From positions 47,190,460-47,250,871 of the forward strand of contig NC_069000.1 in assembly GCF_001194135.2 (NCBI RefSeq): a stretch of 60,412 bases of DNA. Direction: 5' to 3'. The stretch comes from Octopus bimaculoides. Taxonomy: Eukaryota. The notes beneath the pieces were generated by a model. It ran no database searches and was not told the origin of the DNA. It was given only the letters and a program-made list of their open reading frames with translations. Position numbers and translations under genes: made by a program. Positions 32,455 through 56,154 of the stretch are shown here, piece by piece. Each line of letters begins with the position of its first letter. Position 1 is the first letter of the stretch.

Positions 32455-33448
32455 TGCATTTTCGCTCTCGGGAGTCATTTTCCTCCTCGCCCTTCCCAAA
32501 GTAAACTTTTCGAGTGAATGAGCGCTCGCTTTTCCATATACGTCGTCCATTTCGCAATCACCAAAATATTTGAATCTTTCTCTGTCAGGATTAGCGTTAA
32601 TCCAACTAATCTATGATTATTATTCCGGCACACCGTAAACTTTAAAGACTCGATGTTGGAGGATTCTTTGCAAAGAACTTCCAGTTTTTTTTAGTCCCTT
32701 CTTTCCGGGTCCACTGTTGCCCCCTTTTTTCTTTCCTTATTGGTTTCCAACCCATCCCCGATATCCGTCTTCCCTCTCCATCAAGGGTGACACTAGTCAT
32801 AGTCCTTGGTCTTGAAATATTCGGGTATCATTAAGACGTGGGTGTTCATTTACATCCCAGCTGACCACATTGTAGTTCAACCCTTATATTGACCGTAGGG
32901 TGTTGCGGTCATGTGACAACATTCTAAGGGTCCGTCTCGCCTGCCAATATACGTGGTTGTGAATCTTTTGACCTCTACTTGCCCCTTCGTCTCTGGTCTT
33001 CAAAAATATACTCACGTTTCCATATGTTCTGCCCTAGTTGACTATCACTACCACCACCACCACCACCACCACCATCATCATCGTCGTCGTCGTCATCGTC
33101 TTCATCATCATCAACGTCATCATCATCGTCATAGCTGTCGTCATCGTCATCATCATCATCATCATTATTCATGAGTAACAGAAACAAAAACAAGAACAGT
33201 TGTGTCTGTCAAATCAGAATTGATGGCTCTTAACTGAAGAAAAAAAAGGAAAAAGAAGAGAAAAAAGAAAGAAGAAAGAGAAGAGAAACTATTTCGGTCG
33301 TTGTCGTCGACAGAGAGAGAGGGGGGAAGGAGTTGTTAGCAGCCATTAGTTCTGGGAAATGGTGATGGAACAAAATTAATGAGATCAACGTTGTCATGGT
33401 CACCAGAGTTGTATGTGAGTCTGACAGAAGCTGATAGACATCCTGCTG

Positions 33449-33504
<56 letters not shown>

Positions 33505-34035
33505 TTACATTCCACGGCAGTAATTGTTTTCACCTCAATAGACGTCAGTGATTGGTTGAAATTACCGAAATACGACAATTTTTTACATGAAATAACTTCG
33601 AATACAACATTTTTTATCTGTTCTATAACACAAAATATACAAGTATACGAAGTTTGAAAGTGTTTCGGTGCCAAAAACACTACATAAAACATAAATGAAA
33701 AGTGGTGCCCGTCAAATCATACACATCTCTCTTCCTCTGTCTATCCATTAACAATACCAACAGATTTTAATTCACACCCCAAAAGACCCTCGATCGACCA
33801 ACACTGTTTACAAGGCCCTATGCTTGGAATGACCAAATATAACTCACCTACCAAGTACAAGAAAATTTCTTCGCCCCAAAAATTTTTCACCACTTATATA
33901 CACACCATTCTACTTGAATAATGGAACTGCAAATACAATATCCTTACGTATTTCACTTCTATATTCATTCTCTTACTTCTCTCTGTATTTCATATCTTCT
34001 CTACAATAATTGATACTCAAACATTTTCTCACATC

Positions 34036-34083
34036 GTCTCTGATGAAGGGATATATAAAATATCCCGGAAACAGCTGTAAGAC
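34036..34083 (+). ncRNA. Minimal type I hammerhead ribozyme-like motif (Penelope-like-element type)
   Basis: Stem I GUCU/AGAC, CUGAUGA, extra A.G pair, stem II GGGAUAU/AUAUCCC, GAAA, stem III AC/GU with palindromic AGCU loop, GUA triplet. Confidence 0.65.
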
Positions 34084-34159
34084 TTTTTCTTGGTAAATGT
34101 TATGAAATCTATTTACTGCCTTGNNNNNNNNNNNNNNNNNNNNNNNNNNNNNNNNNNNN

Positions 34160-34194
<35 letters not shown>

Positions 34195-35701
34195 GCTCAT
34201 ACATACACATATCTTGTCAATTCAGTGAACAACAAAAAGAACAACACATGAAGAAGGTTTCACATATAAGATTTGAGTTTAACACTTTAATGGAAAAATA
34301 GTCTTAAAGTTTCCGAGGTTCTTCCTTCATCAGAAGAAAGACACAAGCATAGAGAGAGTAAGAAAAAAAATTGGTCAGTTTAAATAATGGAAATGCATGA
34401 TGAGTTAGAAAGTAAGTGAGAATGCTGTTTTATGGGGGAGTGATGAGGGAAGAATGGGTGGGTGTTTATAAGTATAGGAGTATACTTGTGTCTGAAAGCG
34501 AGTATAAAATGGGCATTGATATGTGTATGTTGGCATTTTAGTGAGGCATGCGTATGTGTGTAGAGGTATGCAAGTGTGGAAGTATAGTAGCGAAGGTTAG
34601 CGGGTGTGTGAGGCTATGGTGTGTGTATGAGTCGTAGCGTTAGGTGAATGGGTACGAAAGCACTATGAAAGATGAGAGGAGGCACCCGTGTGGTAGAAAA
34701 ATATTATTGCCGAAGTACACGGAGTGGCAAGAAGAACGTGGAGGGTGTGATAGATGTGTGCACAAGTGTATAACAAAAATAAAAAGTGTTAAAGGAGGGG
34801 GGAGCAGCAAAGTGAGGAAGACTTTGGGTGTGGGGATTGTCCGTCTCTTTGCTGAGGACAAATTATTTTTATCGCTGGACCCATTATAATGTGAAGTGTG
34901 TTGATTCGACTTGGACATCATTGAATAAACAGGTGAAGGGAAAACTTAAGGTTCCATTCAAAACAATATTCTCTTTCTCTNNNNNNNNNNNNNNNNNNNN
35001 NNNNNNNNNNNNNNNNNNNNNNNNNNNNNNNNNNNNNNNNNNNNNNNNNNNNNNNNNNNNNNNNNNNNNNNNNNNNNNNNNNNNNNNNNNNNNNNNNNNN
35101 NNNNNNNNNNNNNNNNNNNNNNNNNNNNNNNNNNNNNNNNNNNNNNNNNNNNNNNNNNNNNNNNNNNNNNNNNNNNNNNNNNNNNNNNNNNNNNNNNNNN
35201 NNNNNNNNNNNNNNNNNNNNNNNNNNNNNNNNNNNNNNNNNNNNNNNNNNNNNNNNNNNNNNNNNNNNNNNNNNNNNNNNNNNNNNNNNNNNNNNNNNNN
35301 TTTAGTTCATACTTTTCTTTTCTTATAAGCTTCGATATTTAGCTGTTAATTATCCTGGAAGACATTCAACATCCAAGTATTGTTCTCATCATCATTATTA
35401 TTATTATTGTTCAAATTCCGCCGAGGTCGACTTTGCCTTTCATCCTTTCAGGGGTTGATAAATTAAGTACCAGTTGAGTACTGGGGATCTATGTAATCGA
35501 CTACCCCCCTCCCCACAAATTCCAGACCTTGTGCCAATAGTAGAAAGGATTATTACTATTATTATTGTTGTTAAGGTGTCAAGCTGACAGAATCGTTAGC
35601 ACGCCGGACAAAATGCTCAGCGGTATTTCGTCCGTCTTTACGTGGTGTCGACTTCCCTTCCCCCGAAATTTCAGGCCTTGTGCCTATAGTAGAAAGGATT
35701 A

Positions 35702-35747
<46 letters not shown>

Positions 35748-36099
35748 GTCATTACATATTAATTTAATCAGCAGGAGTGTTATCCCGAGGTCTGATGACA
35801 ACAAGTTTTCTTAAATCTTGAGGATCTTTCTTAGGATTTTTGCAGAATACAGAATGATACTTTTCTGCCGGTCGACAATTCAGGTTTCAATTCCAATCTC
35901 TGTCTTTTACGTAACATTTTGGGTTTTTTGTGCTGCGTGCACCAAATATCACAGGAATAATTGTAATCTTAATCTTTTACAGTCCCATCAGCTCTCAGAG
36001 GCTTAATCTTAATATTTTTAATCAATTTTATTATTATCATTATTATTATCCGCTTTAATTTCTTTCAGGATTTTATTCACATAATTGTTGTTGTTGCTG

Positions 36100-36139
<40 letters not shown>

Positions 36140-36685
36140 ATCAACAGATTCAAACAAAAACATTTCCTATGAATCATGTTTCCTTCTTAAATTTCTTCAT
36201 GTTTCTCTAACACACACACACGAATACAGTCAGACACACTTACACAAAATATCTGTATATACATGCATTCATGCATACATACATACATACATACATACAT
36301 GTGTAGACAGCCACCCGAATTCGCTATTCACACAGCTATATCTAAATTCCAAACCATTTTTCGTTGTTGTAGACATAATGGCACATTAGTATATGATATA
36401 TATTCTTTTATTCTTTGTATGTATGTATGTATGTATGTATGTATGTATGTATGCATATATGTATGTATGTATGTACCACTGTATTACAATATATGCACCA
36501 GTGTGATTACAGGAGAGTTCTACTCGCGAACTCAAATCATCAACTGAACCGAGACAAGATGGCGGTTTACTGTGGAACAATAATGTAGAATATTTATATT
36601 TCGTACTACACCTCTCTCCCTCTTTCTCTCTCCCTCTCACTCACTCACTCTCCCCCTCTCTCTCTTTTTTATTCCTTGACTCTTT

Positions 36686-36720
<35 letters not shown>

Positions 36721-37156
36721 CACACACACACACACACACACACAGATTGTATGAACTGCCTTTTCCTTCCATTTTTCTCCTTTAAACTTCGGATAAAACA
36801 TCACTACAACGAGGTAACCGACGGACAGACATACAGACAGACAGATAGACTGACAGACTGACTGACAGACAGACAGACAGACTGGCTGACGGACAGACAG
36901 ACACACTGATTCGTATCTTACCCGGGGCAGGTCTTTCCCCTGCCTCCTCCATCCAAGATAACAATAGTTCCTATAGCAAGAAACCCCATTTAATTAACAA
37001 ACGGTCCTTAAACTATCATTATCTGTCGAGATTTGGTAGAGATCTGTTAAGATAGTCTTTTATTTTGTATGTCCGAATCGGTGAAACAAGATGGCCGAAA
37101 TCTTATTTTATGTTTTGTGGAGATTATTTCCGTTGAAGATAAAATAGCAAAGTTGA

Positions 37157-46825
<9,669 letters not shown>

Positions 46826-48439
46826 GAAAGGCGATGTCTCAAATGACAAACAGACAGACGAGCAACCAAAATATCTGGAAAATATATATAATATATAAAT
46901 TACATGTATTATAAATGACAGAAAATAAAGAAGACTAATTTGACGTTATGTAAGACTTTCCAAATTATTGATGTCTGTCACATTACTGAACGCTAGATGC
47001 AGGCAGTCAACGATGCAACATCGATGAGGTCACCTGACCTACTAAAAGTAGCAACCAAATATCAGCACCACCACCATGAATAAACATACACACTGCTGTT
47101 TCTTGAAAAAGGAAGGACACAAATAGATAATGAAAAAGGGAAGGGCACAAATAGATAACTGTCTTGATAAAAGTCTGGATTGTCCCGGTTGGAAAAATAT
47201 ATGATTACAAGTATAGCTTGAGGTAAACTTTGTCATTATCAATACGATCTCCAACTCTACCGTCATCGTCGTCGGATGTGAGTTGAGGGGAACTTGGCTA
47301 CTATTTCTTGATGATCGAGTGACTACGAAGGGTTTCCCTTGGTAATATTTCTAGGGAATCCAGAATCCGAACAACCCATTCCGGATTGTGTGTGTGTGTG
47401 TGTGTGTAAGTTGCGTATTGGAGTCTATGAATGTGTATTTGTGTAGATATATATGTGCGTGAGTGTTTGCATGTATATGTGTGTTGAATCTATGTGTGTG
47501 TGTGTGAATATGTGCATGCATGCGTGTGTACGTGTGTGTATGTGTGTGTGTGCGTGCGTGTTTTTCAGCACGTTTCTCATATCAGCAAACAATTTGACTT
47601 GTATTTAACTAAGGTTATTGAGTCCGTGAGGTGGGGGTGGCAGTGTGGGTACTTTAGTTGTGTAGTGGTGTATAGGTGATGGCGGCGGCGCAGTGGTGTA
47701 TATATATANNNNNNNNNNNNNNNNNNNNNNNNNNNNNNNNNNNNNNNNNNNNNNNNNNNNNNNNNNNNNNNNNNNNNNNNNNNNNNNNNNNNNNNNNNNN
47801 NNNNNNNNNNNNNNNNNNNNNNNNNNNNNNTGTGTCTCAGTTAACAACTTTCTTATTAAAGAAGTCGGATCAAATTAATAATGAAATCTATCCCACAATC
47901 CTCACTTGTTTATTGTTTCTCTAAACTGTGACCCCCTCCTCCCAACACCTCACCTTCCCATCATGCCTTTCACCTGAAACTTTGTCCTTGTCTGATCTTT
48001 ACAAACATCACGACGTTAACCTCATCCCTACCAACAACCCTCTCCCTCTCCTCTCTCATTCCTTCACTACTACGACTACTACTAGTAGTAGTAGTAATGT
48101 TATTGTCGCTGTTGTTGTTGTTTCTCCCTGGAAGACACCTAGAAATCAAAGGCATTCCAACCGTGACCACACAGTCTACGTTTTCGGACATAGAATACAT
48201 AGGACTTTAGTAGAGTCCTTTTTGTTACAAGCATTTAGACCAGGTCTAAGAGTACCTGCTACCCCTTTCTATCGCCAATCTCGGAAACCCTATAAAAAAT
48301 GTCCCTTTCTCATTTGAGTAAACCATAAAAATGGATGTCTTTCTAAGGGTCTGTATTGAAAGGACCCTTCATAAAATTATATTTTGAGGGCCTATGCAAG
48401 GTCGATTCTCTCAGCTGAAGCAGCAGCAACGAAACCTAA

Positions 48440-48850
48440 CGGTGCTGCTGCCAATTTAGTCATCATGAACCGCATCCAAAAATGACCACCCGACTGATTG
48501 GCTTAAAGTCACTTGCAGACAGACACCAATCTCTGTCTCACGGGTGTGCTGTGTCTCCTCTCTCTACCTTTTCTACCGCTACTACAGAACGGCCATTGGT
48601 CGTCGGAATATTGGTGTCATGCTGCTTCTCCCAGGCTTTTCCAACCTACACGCCTCTCCTCATTCCATCACCCCAATGCGCATTCAACCTCCAAACCCCT
48701 ACGTTAATTACCAAACGAGTCCTTCCTTCCCGGAACGTCGCCTTTCCCTAGAACTCCTTCCTGTTCAGGTCCATCCACCAAGTGTTAACTTACAAAGGTT
48801 CAAGAGGAATATTAACGGCATCAACCTCCCCAGTCAAGGACAGGGTAGGA
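48440..48850 (+). mobile_element. 3' fragment of a CR1/L2/Jockey-group LINE
   Basis: RIQKMTTRLIG...QSLSH, VSSLYLFYRYY and LLPVQVHPPSVNLQRFKRNIN match the post-RT C-terminus of these LINEs (SLxHRRxVxSLxLFYRYY; WNxLPxxVFPxxxNLxxFK). Frameshifted. Confidence 0.7.
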
Positions 48851-49542
48851 TCCTATGGAGGACATGGGCACAGATTCTCTGTCTCGTCTGACCCGACAAA
48901 TAAAAAAATATCAGACTGAGATATTTTCGTTTAAGATTTTACTACAACCGTTTGTGTAAAATTACATGAAGAAGATTTCCACTTCATTGTAGGGGACATT
49001 TTTACAGCTTTCATCTAAAGTGTCCTGATTTTCCATCTTTTGAAATAAAATCGCAAGGTGTAAAAACGCCTCAACCCTAATCCCTGTGAGCTGGATTTCA
49101 TTTGTAAATTTATTGTCGTACTCAGCCCAACAAACATCTTCACCAGCCATCTTAATTAGGGTCCGCCAAATTTCTATTTTAGAGGTCGCCACCTACCAAC
49201 ACTCGACTAAACATTACTTCTAAGCTAATTCCGTCATTCAATCTTCTACATTTGTTATAAATTAGATAAGTAATAAGGGACGATAGATTTGTTGATACTG
49301 GGTCCCCTGCTTAAATATCGTTTGTAATTTCATGGTCAGATAAGGGAAATGGGATCACAACAGGGAAACATAGGGTCACCCTGCACTATGCCAGTTATAT
49401 GGGTCCCAGGGTGGGGCTAACGCTATGTGTCTTTACAAAGAGTTGATGGAAAAAAAACGTAGATTTATAATAACATAAGAAACGACAGTGTGTGTAAATT
49501 GATATCTGGCTTATGGAGTTGATTAGGTTGATCATATACACA

Positions 49543-49586
<44 letters not shown>

Positions 49587-51360
49587 NNNNNNNNNNNNNN
49601 NNNNNNNNNNNNNNNNNNNNNNNNNNNNNNNNNNNNNNNNNNNNNNNNNNNNNNNNNNNNNNNNNNNNNNNNNNNNNNNNNNNNNNNNNNNNNNNNNNNN
49701 NNNNNNNNNNNNNNNNNNNNNNNNNNNNNNNNNNNNNNNNNNNNNNNNNNNNNNNNNNNNNNNNNNNNNNNNNNNNNNNNNNNNNNNNNNNNNNNNNNNN
49801 NNNNNNNNNNNNNNNNNNNNNNNNNNNNNNNNNNNNNNNNNNNNNNNNNNNNNNNNNNNNNNNNNNNNNNNNNNNNNNNNNNNNNNNNNNNNNNNNNNNN
49901 NNNNNNNNNNNNNNNNNNNNNNNNNNNNNNNNNNNNNNNNNNNNNNNNNNNNNNNNNNNNNNNNNNNNNNNNNNNNNNNNNNNNNNNNNNNNNNNNNNNT
50001 ATATATATATATATATATGTGTAAGGGACGACCGTGCGAACTCATAAAAGGAGAAATGGTGACGAATGGAAAAACAGAGGACTCCTTTTATTTAAACGTG
50101 TCACACGGTCGAACACACAATAATAATATATCGAAGATGATATACAATGATATGTTATGCGACGATAACATAGATGACCAGTAATGAAAAACTACAACCG
50201 TATAAGATGAATAACAGAGATATTTATTGTAGCGTTAAAGATGTATGTCTGTGTGAGAGTGTGAATGCGACATATAAGAGCATAATCAAAGACAGGCCGT
50301 CATACAAAGAAAAGTGTGTATGTGAGTGATACATGTGTGTATGAGTGTTTACAGCAGATAGAAAGAGAGTCAATAACACGTGAGCAATTATACCAGTTCG
50401 TTAGTACACTATAGGAAAAGTTCTGTATGTGAAAGTGAGGAAAGGCTGAGTGTGGCAGTGCTGATCACTAGTTGTGATGTCGTNNNNNNNNNNNNNNNNN
50501 NNNNNNNNNNNNNNNNNNNNNNNNNNNNNNNNNNNNNNNNNNNNNNNNNNNNNNNNNNNNNNNNNNNNNNNNNNNNNNNNNNNNNNNNNNNNNNNNNNNN
50601 NNNNNNNNNNNNNNNNNNNNNNNNNNNNNNNNNNNNNNNNNNNNNNNNNNNNNNNNNNNNNNNNNNNNNNNNNNNNNNNNNNNNNNNNNNNNNNNNNNNN
50701 NNNNNNNNNNNNNNNNNNNNNNNNNNNNNNNNNNNNNNNNNNNNNNNNNNNNNNNNNNNNNNNNNNNNNNNNNNNNNNNNNNNNNNNNNNNNNNNNNNNN
50801 NNNNNNNNNNNNNNNNNNNNNNNNNNNNNNNNNNNNNNNNNNNNNNNNNNNNNNNNNNNNNNNNNNNNNNNNNNNNNNNNNNNNNNNNNNNNNNNNNNNN
50901 NNNNNNNNNNNNNNNNNNNNNNNNNNNNNNNNNNNNAGAGAAACTGGACCGAGACAAATTATTGGGTATGAGTTAAAGCTATTTATAACAAACTATGGGC
51001 TCCCGATGGCTTCAGAATTTTACTCTATCACATGACCTTATTAGGGGCCGTGATTGGTCAGTTTGCGTTCTGGCGGGAAAGGTTCGAAGAAGTTGCCGAT
51101 TCGAATAATAATCAGTCACGTGATGACAAGGAATGGGTTCTCTACTACGCTCGCATTTATTTATATTTAAATGAGAAGATTGTATGTAATGGCGATAGTA
51201 GTTTTGTATCTAGTGACGATAGGTAGTTTCACTACATATATATATATATATATGGAAATATTATTCATTATACATGCACATACGTATACATTGATACACA
51301 AACGCTCGAGTGTGTGGTGTACACGCACAGAAACATATGTCCACATAGGCACATGATATA

Positions 51361-51895
51361 TACAAGGTGCACTCAAAAAGTATCCGACTTTTAGTTTCCC
51401 CGCCAAAACTAATACCACGTGAGTAAAATGTTTTGGGTGTGAGGTGACGCCTTCCTTCCTGCGCATGTGTGAAAATTTTCTCGCCGGCTGGCCGCGTCCT
51501 TCCTCGATTATTACACAGGCTACAGACGTGTAGTGCGCACTCATCGGGTTTTCGTTTCCATCGAGTAGAATTATTGCATCAAGCTTTGCCAAAAGCTTGG
51601 TGATACCCAAGCTCAAACTATCCAGAAGATTCAGCAGATCTTTGACGATGATACCATGGGCAAAACTCAGATCAAGAATTGATACAACCTCTACAAACGC
51701 AGCCGTACTTCAGTGGTGAGCAACGCCTGCTCAGACCGAAACGAGGAACCGACTGAGAAGATTCGTCAAATAGCCATGGAAGACTGTCGTGTAACATTCC
51801 AGGAAATTGCTTACAAAGTAAGAATAAGTACGAGATCAGTGCATTCCATTTTAACGGAAGATTTGTGCATGCGGAGAATTTTGGGCAGTACCATT
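51361..51895 (+). mobile_element. Mariner (Tc1/mariner) remnant: left end and 5' transposase
   Basis: TA then CAAGGTGCACTCAAAAAGTATCCGAC as a TIR-like end. Translation CIKLCQKLGDTQAQTIQKIQQIFDDDTMGKTQIKN*Y...EKIRQIAMEDCRVTFQEIAYKVRISTRSVHSILTEDLCMRR is the mariner double HTH. Contains stops; DDD domain absent. Confidence 0.8.
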
Positions 51896-54322
51896 CAATC
51901 TGGCGGTGTGAAAACCTTTCACGCTGCCTAATTAGATCAGCAATTTAGCAGTAATTGTGATCAATAACTTGAAATAGAGAAATTTCATCAACAATAAAGT
52001 CAATCGATACATTTGGTAGAAAAGTGATATCTTGAGTTCCGAGAACTTACCTGTACAAAATATGCGTCCATGACTTCTCAATGTATATAATATGTATGTA
52101 TGTGTGTATGTATGTATGTGTGTATGTATGTATGTATGTATGTATGTATGTATGTATGTATGAATGTATATATGTATGTACGTATATATGTATGTATGTA
52201 TATATATATGTATGTACGTATATATGTATGTATGTACGTACGTATAAAATTCTGTAATTACATTACAATCCAACCAGTCGTGAGAAAGAGTCAGATACGT
52301 GACGTCAAAAGATCAAAAGTATCCATCCAAGGGTAACCAGTTCTATTATCTTCTGTGTGACAGGATCTCCCTGGGGCTGGTCAACAAACTGTGGTTGTTG
52401 TGTTGGGACATGTACGTAAGACAATTCGGCGGGACAAGTTCAATTCCCGAACGTGGCACGTACGTATGATCTACTTCGCTCGTTTATCAAGTGGAGATGA
52501 ATGACCTCTACTACGTTACATTCATTTATAATAGAGATGAAATCTCCGTTACCAAAAAATATTTAAATATGAAAAATGGTGTCATTTAACGCGTTTGTGT
52601 GCGCACAAAACAGTACACTGTACGCGCGCGTGCAGTGCTCACTCACGCACTCATACACATTCTATATATGATATACTACACACACACACACACACACACG
52701 CGCACACACACACACACACACGCACACACACATACGTAATATGTATTATGTGTGTTTGTGTATGCATATGTATGTGTGTGTGTGTGTATGTATATATAGA
52801 TATAGATATATATAAACGCACACACATGCACACAAGCATACATACATTCATACATACACATATACACGCACGCATGCGCGGACACACACATTTCGAACTG
52901 AAGAATTATTGTCAACGTTGAGAATCCTTTGTGAGCCAGATTTAGGGATAAAAAAAAAGACGAACATTGAGGGTGTGGAAGCTGGAGGGAGAGGGGGAGA
53001 GCAAGAAAGAGACAGAGATGGAAAGAGAGAGATGGACAGAGACAAAGAAAGAAGGAAAGAATGAAAGAGAGAGAGAAAGAAAAGAAGGAAGGAAGTGTGA
53101 TTAACAGAGTGAGATAGATAGATAAAAAGAGAGACAAAGAAAGAGAAAGAGAGAAATAGACAGACAGACAGACAGACAAAGAGTGGGAGACATTGTCAGA
53201 CGAGCATGACTCGATAGTATGTACCGTGCTTTCACGAACTGTTTTAGGTGCCTGTGGAGTCGCGAGCAGACAGGCAGCATCTTGATTCCCTGATCCAACA
53301 ACCAGGATGTAACTGCTGGGAGAGAGAAGGAGAGAGAGGGCGAGAGACACAGATAGACAGACACACAGAGATAGGACAGTACCAATACTATGTATCGACT
53401 CTAAAAGGATGGAAGGTAAAGTTCACCTCGATAGGATTTGAATCTACTGCACAGTGATCCAGAACAAATATCCCGAGACTTACAAACAATAATTAGATAA
53501 AACCAACTAAGAACTTCTACGCCATCATCCCCACCTCACAACTCACTAAACTGCAAAAGAAATCGTTTCTTTAATTTAAACTTAATCCTCTGTGTCGTTA
53601 GCACGCCGGGGAAAATGCCTCGTTCGTGTTTTACGGTCTGACTTCAAATTCTGTCGAGGTCGACTTTGCCTTTCATCCTTTCGAGATCTATAAAATAAGT
53701 ACCAGTTGATCATTGGAAATGACTGACACCCTCCTATGAAATTGATGGCCTTGTGCCAAAATCTGAAACCAATATTGTGTCATCTTAGGTGTTTAAAGAT
53801 TTATAATTAATGTATTAAAGCATTTTAATTAAAAGTTGCTTAGTTTGACCTCATAAATATATCTTGTATAATTGAAAGATGTAAAATTTTTGGCGCTAAT
53901 ATAGTTTCATATTTCATCGTTTGTTTTTGTTCTTGTTTTACGACCAACTAAAATAATCATAAAAATGTATTTAAAATTATTTTTATTGCCCCATTTTCGC
54001 ACCTCGGCTTTAAAAAAGCCATCAAATTTATAGAAAAGTAATTTTAATGTCACAAAACGATCAATGCTTTCGCAGCTCTACTTGAAATTTTTATTATTCA
54101 ACTGATAATTTCAACGAATAATTTACTGAATTGTTAAATAAATTCGTTTGTTTATTTGATTTTTTCTTTCATTTATTTTAATCTTTTCCAATGTTATTAG
54201 AATTAACACGAAAAATATTTGTATCGAAGTGTTTTTAGCGGCTTTTGTAGAACCGTTGTTTTGTTTATCGTTTTTGAAATCTGAATAAATATTACGTCTT
54301 TTCAAACACAAGACAATGGAGT

Positions 54323-54369
<47 letters not shown>

Positions 54370-56154
54370 CGAAGGAATTTATCTGACAATGTAATATTTG
54401 CTATTTTACTTTAATTAGCTACAAAATAAGAAATAAATTAAGAAATGAATTTTAATTATTTGTTATTACTACTAAAAAGTGGTGGATTGATAGAAATTGT
54501 CGACTGGCCGTTCACATTATGAGTTCAATTCCTACCGAGGTCAGATTTGATTGTCATTCTCCTGGGGTCGATTAAATTAAGCAGCACTCAAGTACCGGCA
54601 GCAATGTAGTCGATACTAAGTCCCTCCCCTCAAAATTACTGGCTTTGGGACAAATTAAAAACAATTCGGTGAGAATCGTTAGAGCATCGAACGAAATTGC
54701 TTTGCGGTATTTCTTCCGATTCATTACGAGTTCAAATTCTGCCGGGAGCATTTTTGCCTTTCATCTTTTCAGGGTCGATAAAATAAAGTACTAGGGTTAA
54801 TGGAATAGATTAATCCCTCCCTCTAAAACTGCTGACCTTGTATCAATATTTAATCAATTATTAGCAGAAAGTAACCCCGAAAGAAAGATATATTTTTAGA
54901 TGAACCATTCAAAATCGAATTTTAAGGTCACAAACCCCCCAAAAATCAATAGGATCTCTGCTCCAAAAATTCAAACTGTTTCTTAATGTAAATCCTGAAT
55001 CCAATACTTAAAGATCAATAGAATCTTGGCAACACTGATTTACAATATTTCGCGATCTAAACGCAGATCAACAAATTTAATCCTTAATCGCACCGCGCGC
55101 TTTGCTCGCTTCCCTGGTTTAAACACATCTTTCTAGACGTGACCTCCAGACGTGACCTCCAGAATTACGGGTCATGCTTTTCGATTGCCAAAAAACGAAG
55201 ACCAGCGACGGCTGCAGACGGAATGGCTGCCAACAAAGGGACGAACGGAAGAGAAGGGGAGCCAAGAAGGCTTCATTGTCTAAAATTGTTTCAAATCTCT
55301 TCTATTAACATTCCATACACCTGAACAGTTAATAGCCATCTTTGCTCATATTAATGAGGAAATTTAAATATTTGCTGGATCCAACTACGATAATGACACG
55401 AAATAGTTTTAATTTTCCTTTCTCAGTAGATTCATTTTGTAGGAAAACAGTTTCATTTTTTTTTGTCTCCTGGAAGCCATTTACTTTTGACGAAGTGAAT
55501 ACTTTTTGTATGTGCGGAGGACAAAGACCGAAGTGACACCCAGACATCTCTTATCATACCTTTATGACGTCCTAAAAAAACACAATGATTTATGACGTCA
55601 TTATGATGTGGAGATAATTGAAGACGTGTCACTATGAACTTTGATCTTTTCACATGATAGACTTAAATTTTAGTAAATTTTTAATTATAATTTGTCGGAT
55701 AAAAACCGCTGACACCTCTCACTCACATTCTTCGTACGCTAGCAGAAAAATTTCATGTTTTCTTTTTTCCTTATTAAATCTGTCGCCAACAGAACATGGC
55801 CCCTTCCAGTCCTTTTCTGAAGTGGTTTTCAACCTTTTATACCTTAGCACCTCCTAATACCGAATTAAGGTGCTTTACAAATGCCCCCAGCCATTTTTTG
55901 CGAAACAAAAATAGAATCATTAATAATATTTCTACGCTCGCCAGAGGGCGCAACTTGACAGTCCTCGTCGTTGACATTAGTTTTCATAGAATACAATGGT
56001 ATAAATAGCAATGCATTATGTAAAGAATCGTTTTCTAGATTCTGAGTCAAGTTTCGAAACCTGGCAGAGAAAATGTGGTGGCGGGGCGTGGAAGGAGACC
56101 CAGCTCGAAGATTATTACGGCCAAGTAGCTTTGCAAAAATCAAATTTCAGTTGA

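Noticed and set aside
32953-33193. His-rich and Asp-rich ORFs on the two strands
   Set aside because: Products of (CAC)n(CAT)n(CGT)n microsatellites.
47027-47040. AGGTCA-CC-TGACCT inverted nuclear-receptor half-sites
   Set aside because: Single short motif with non-canonical 2-nt spacing and no supporting context; chance cannot be excluded.
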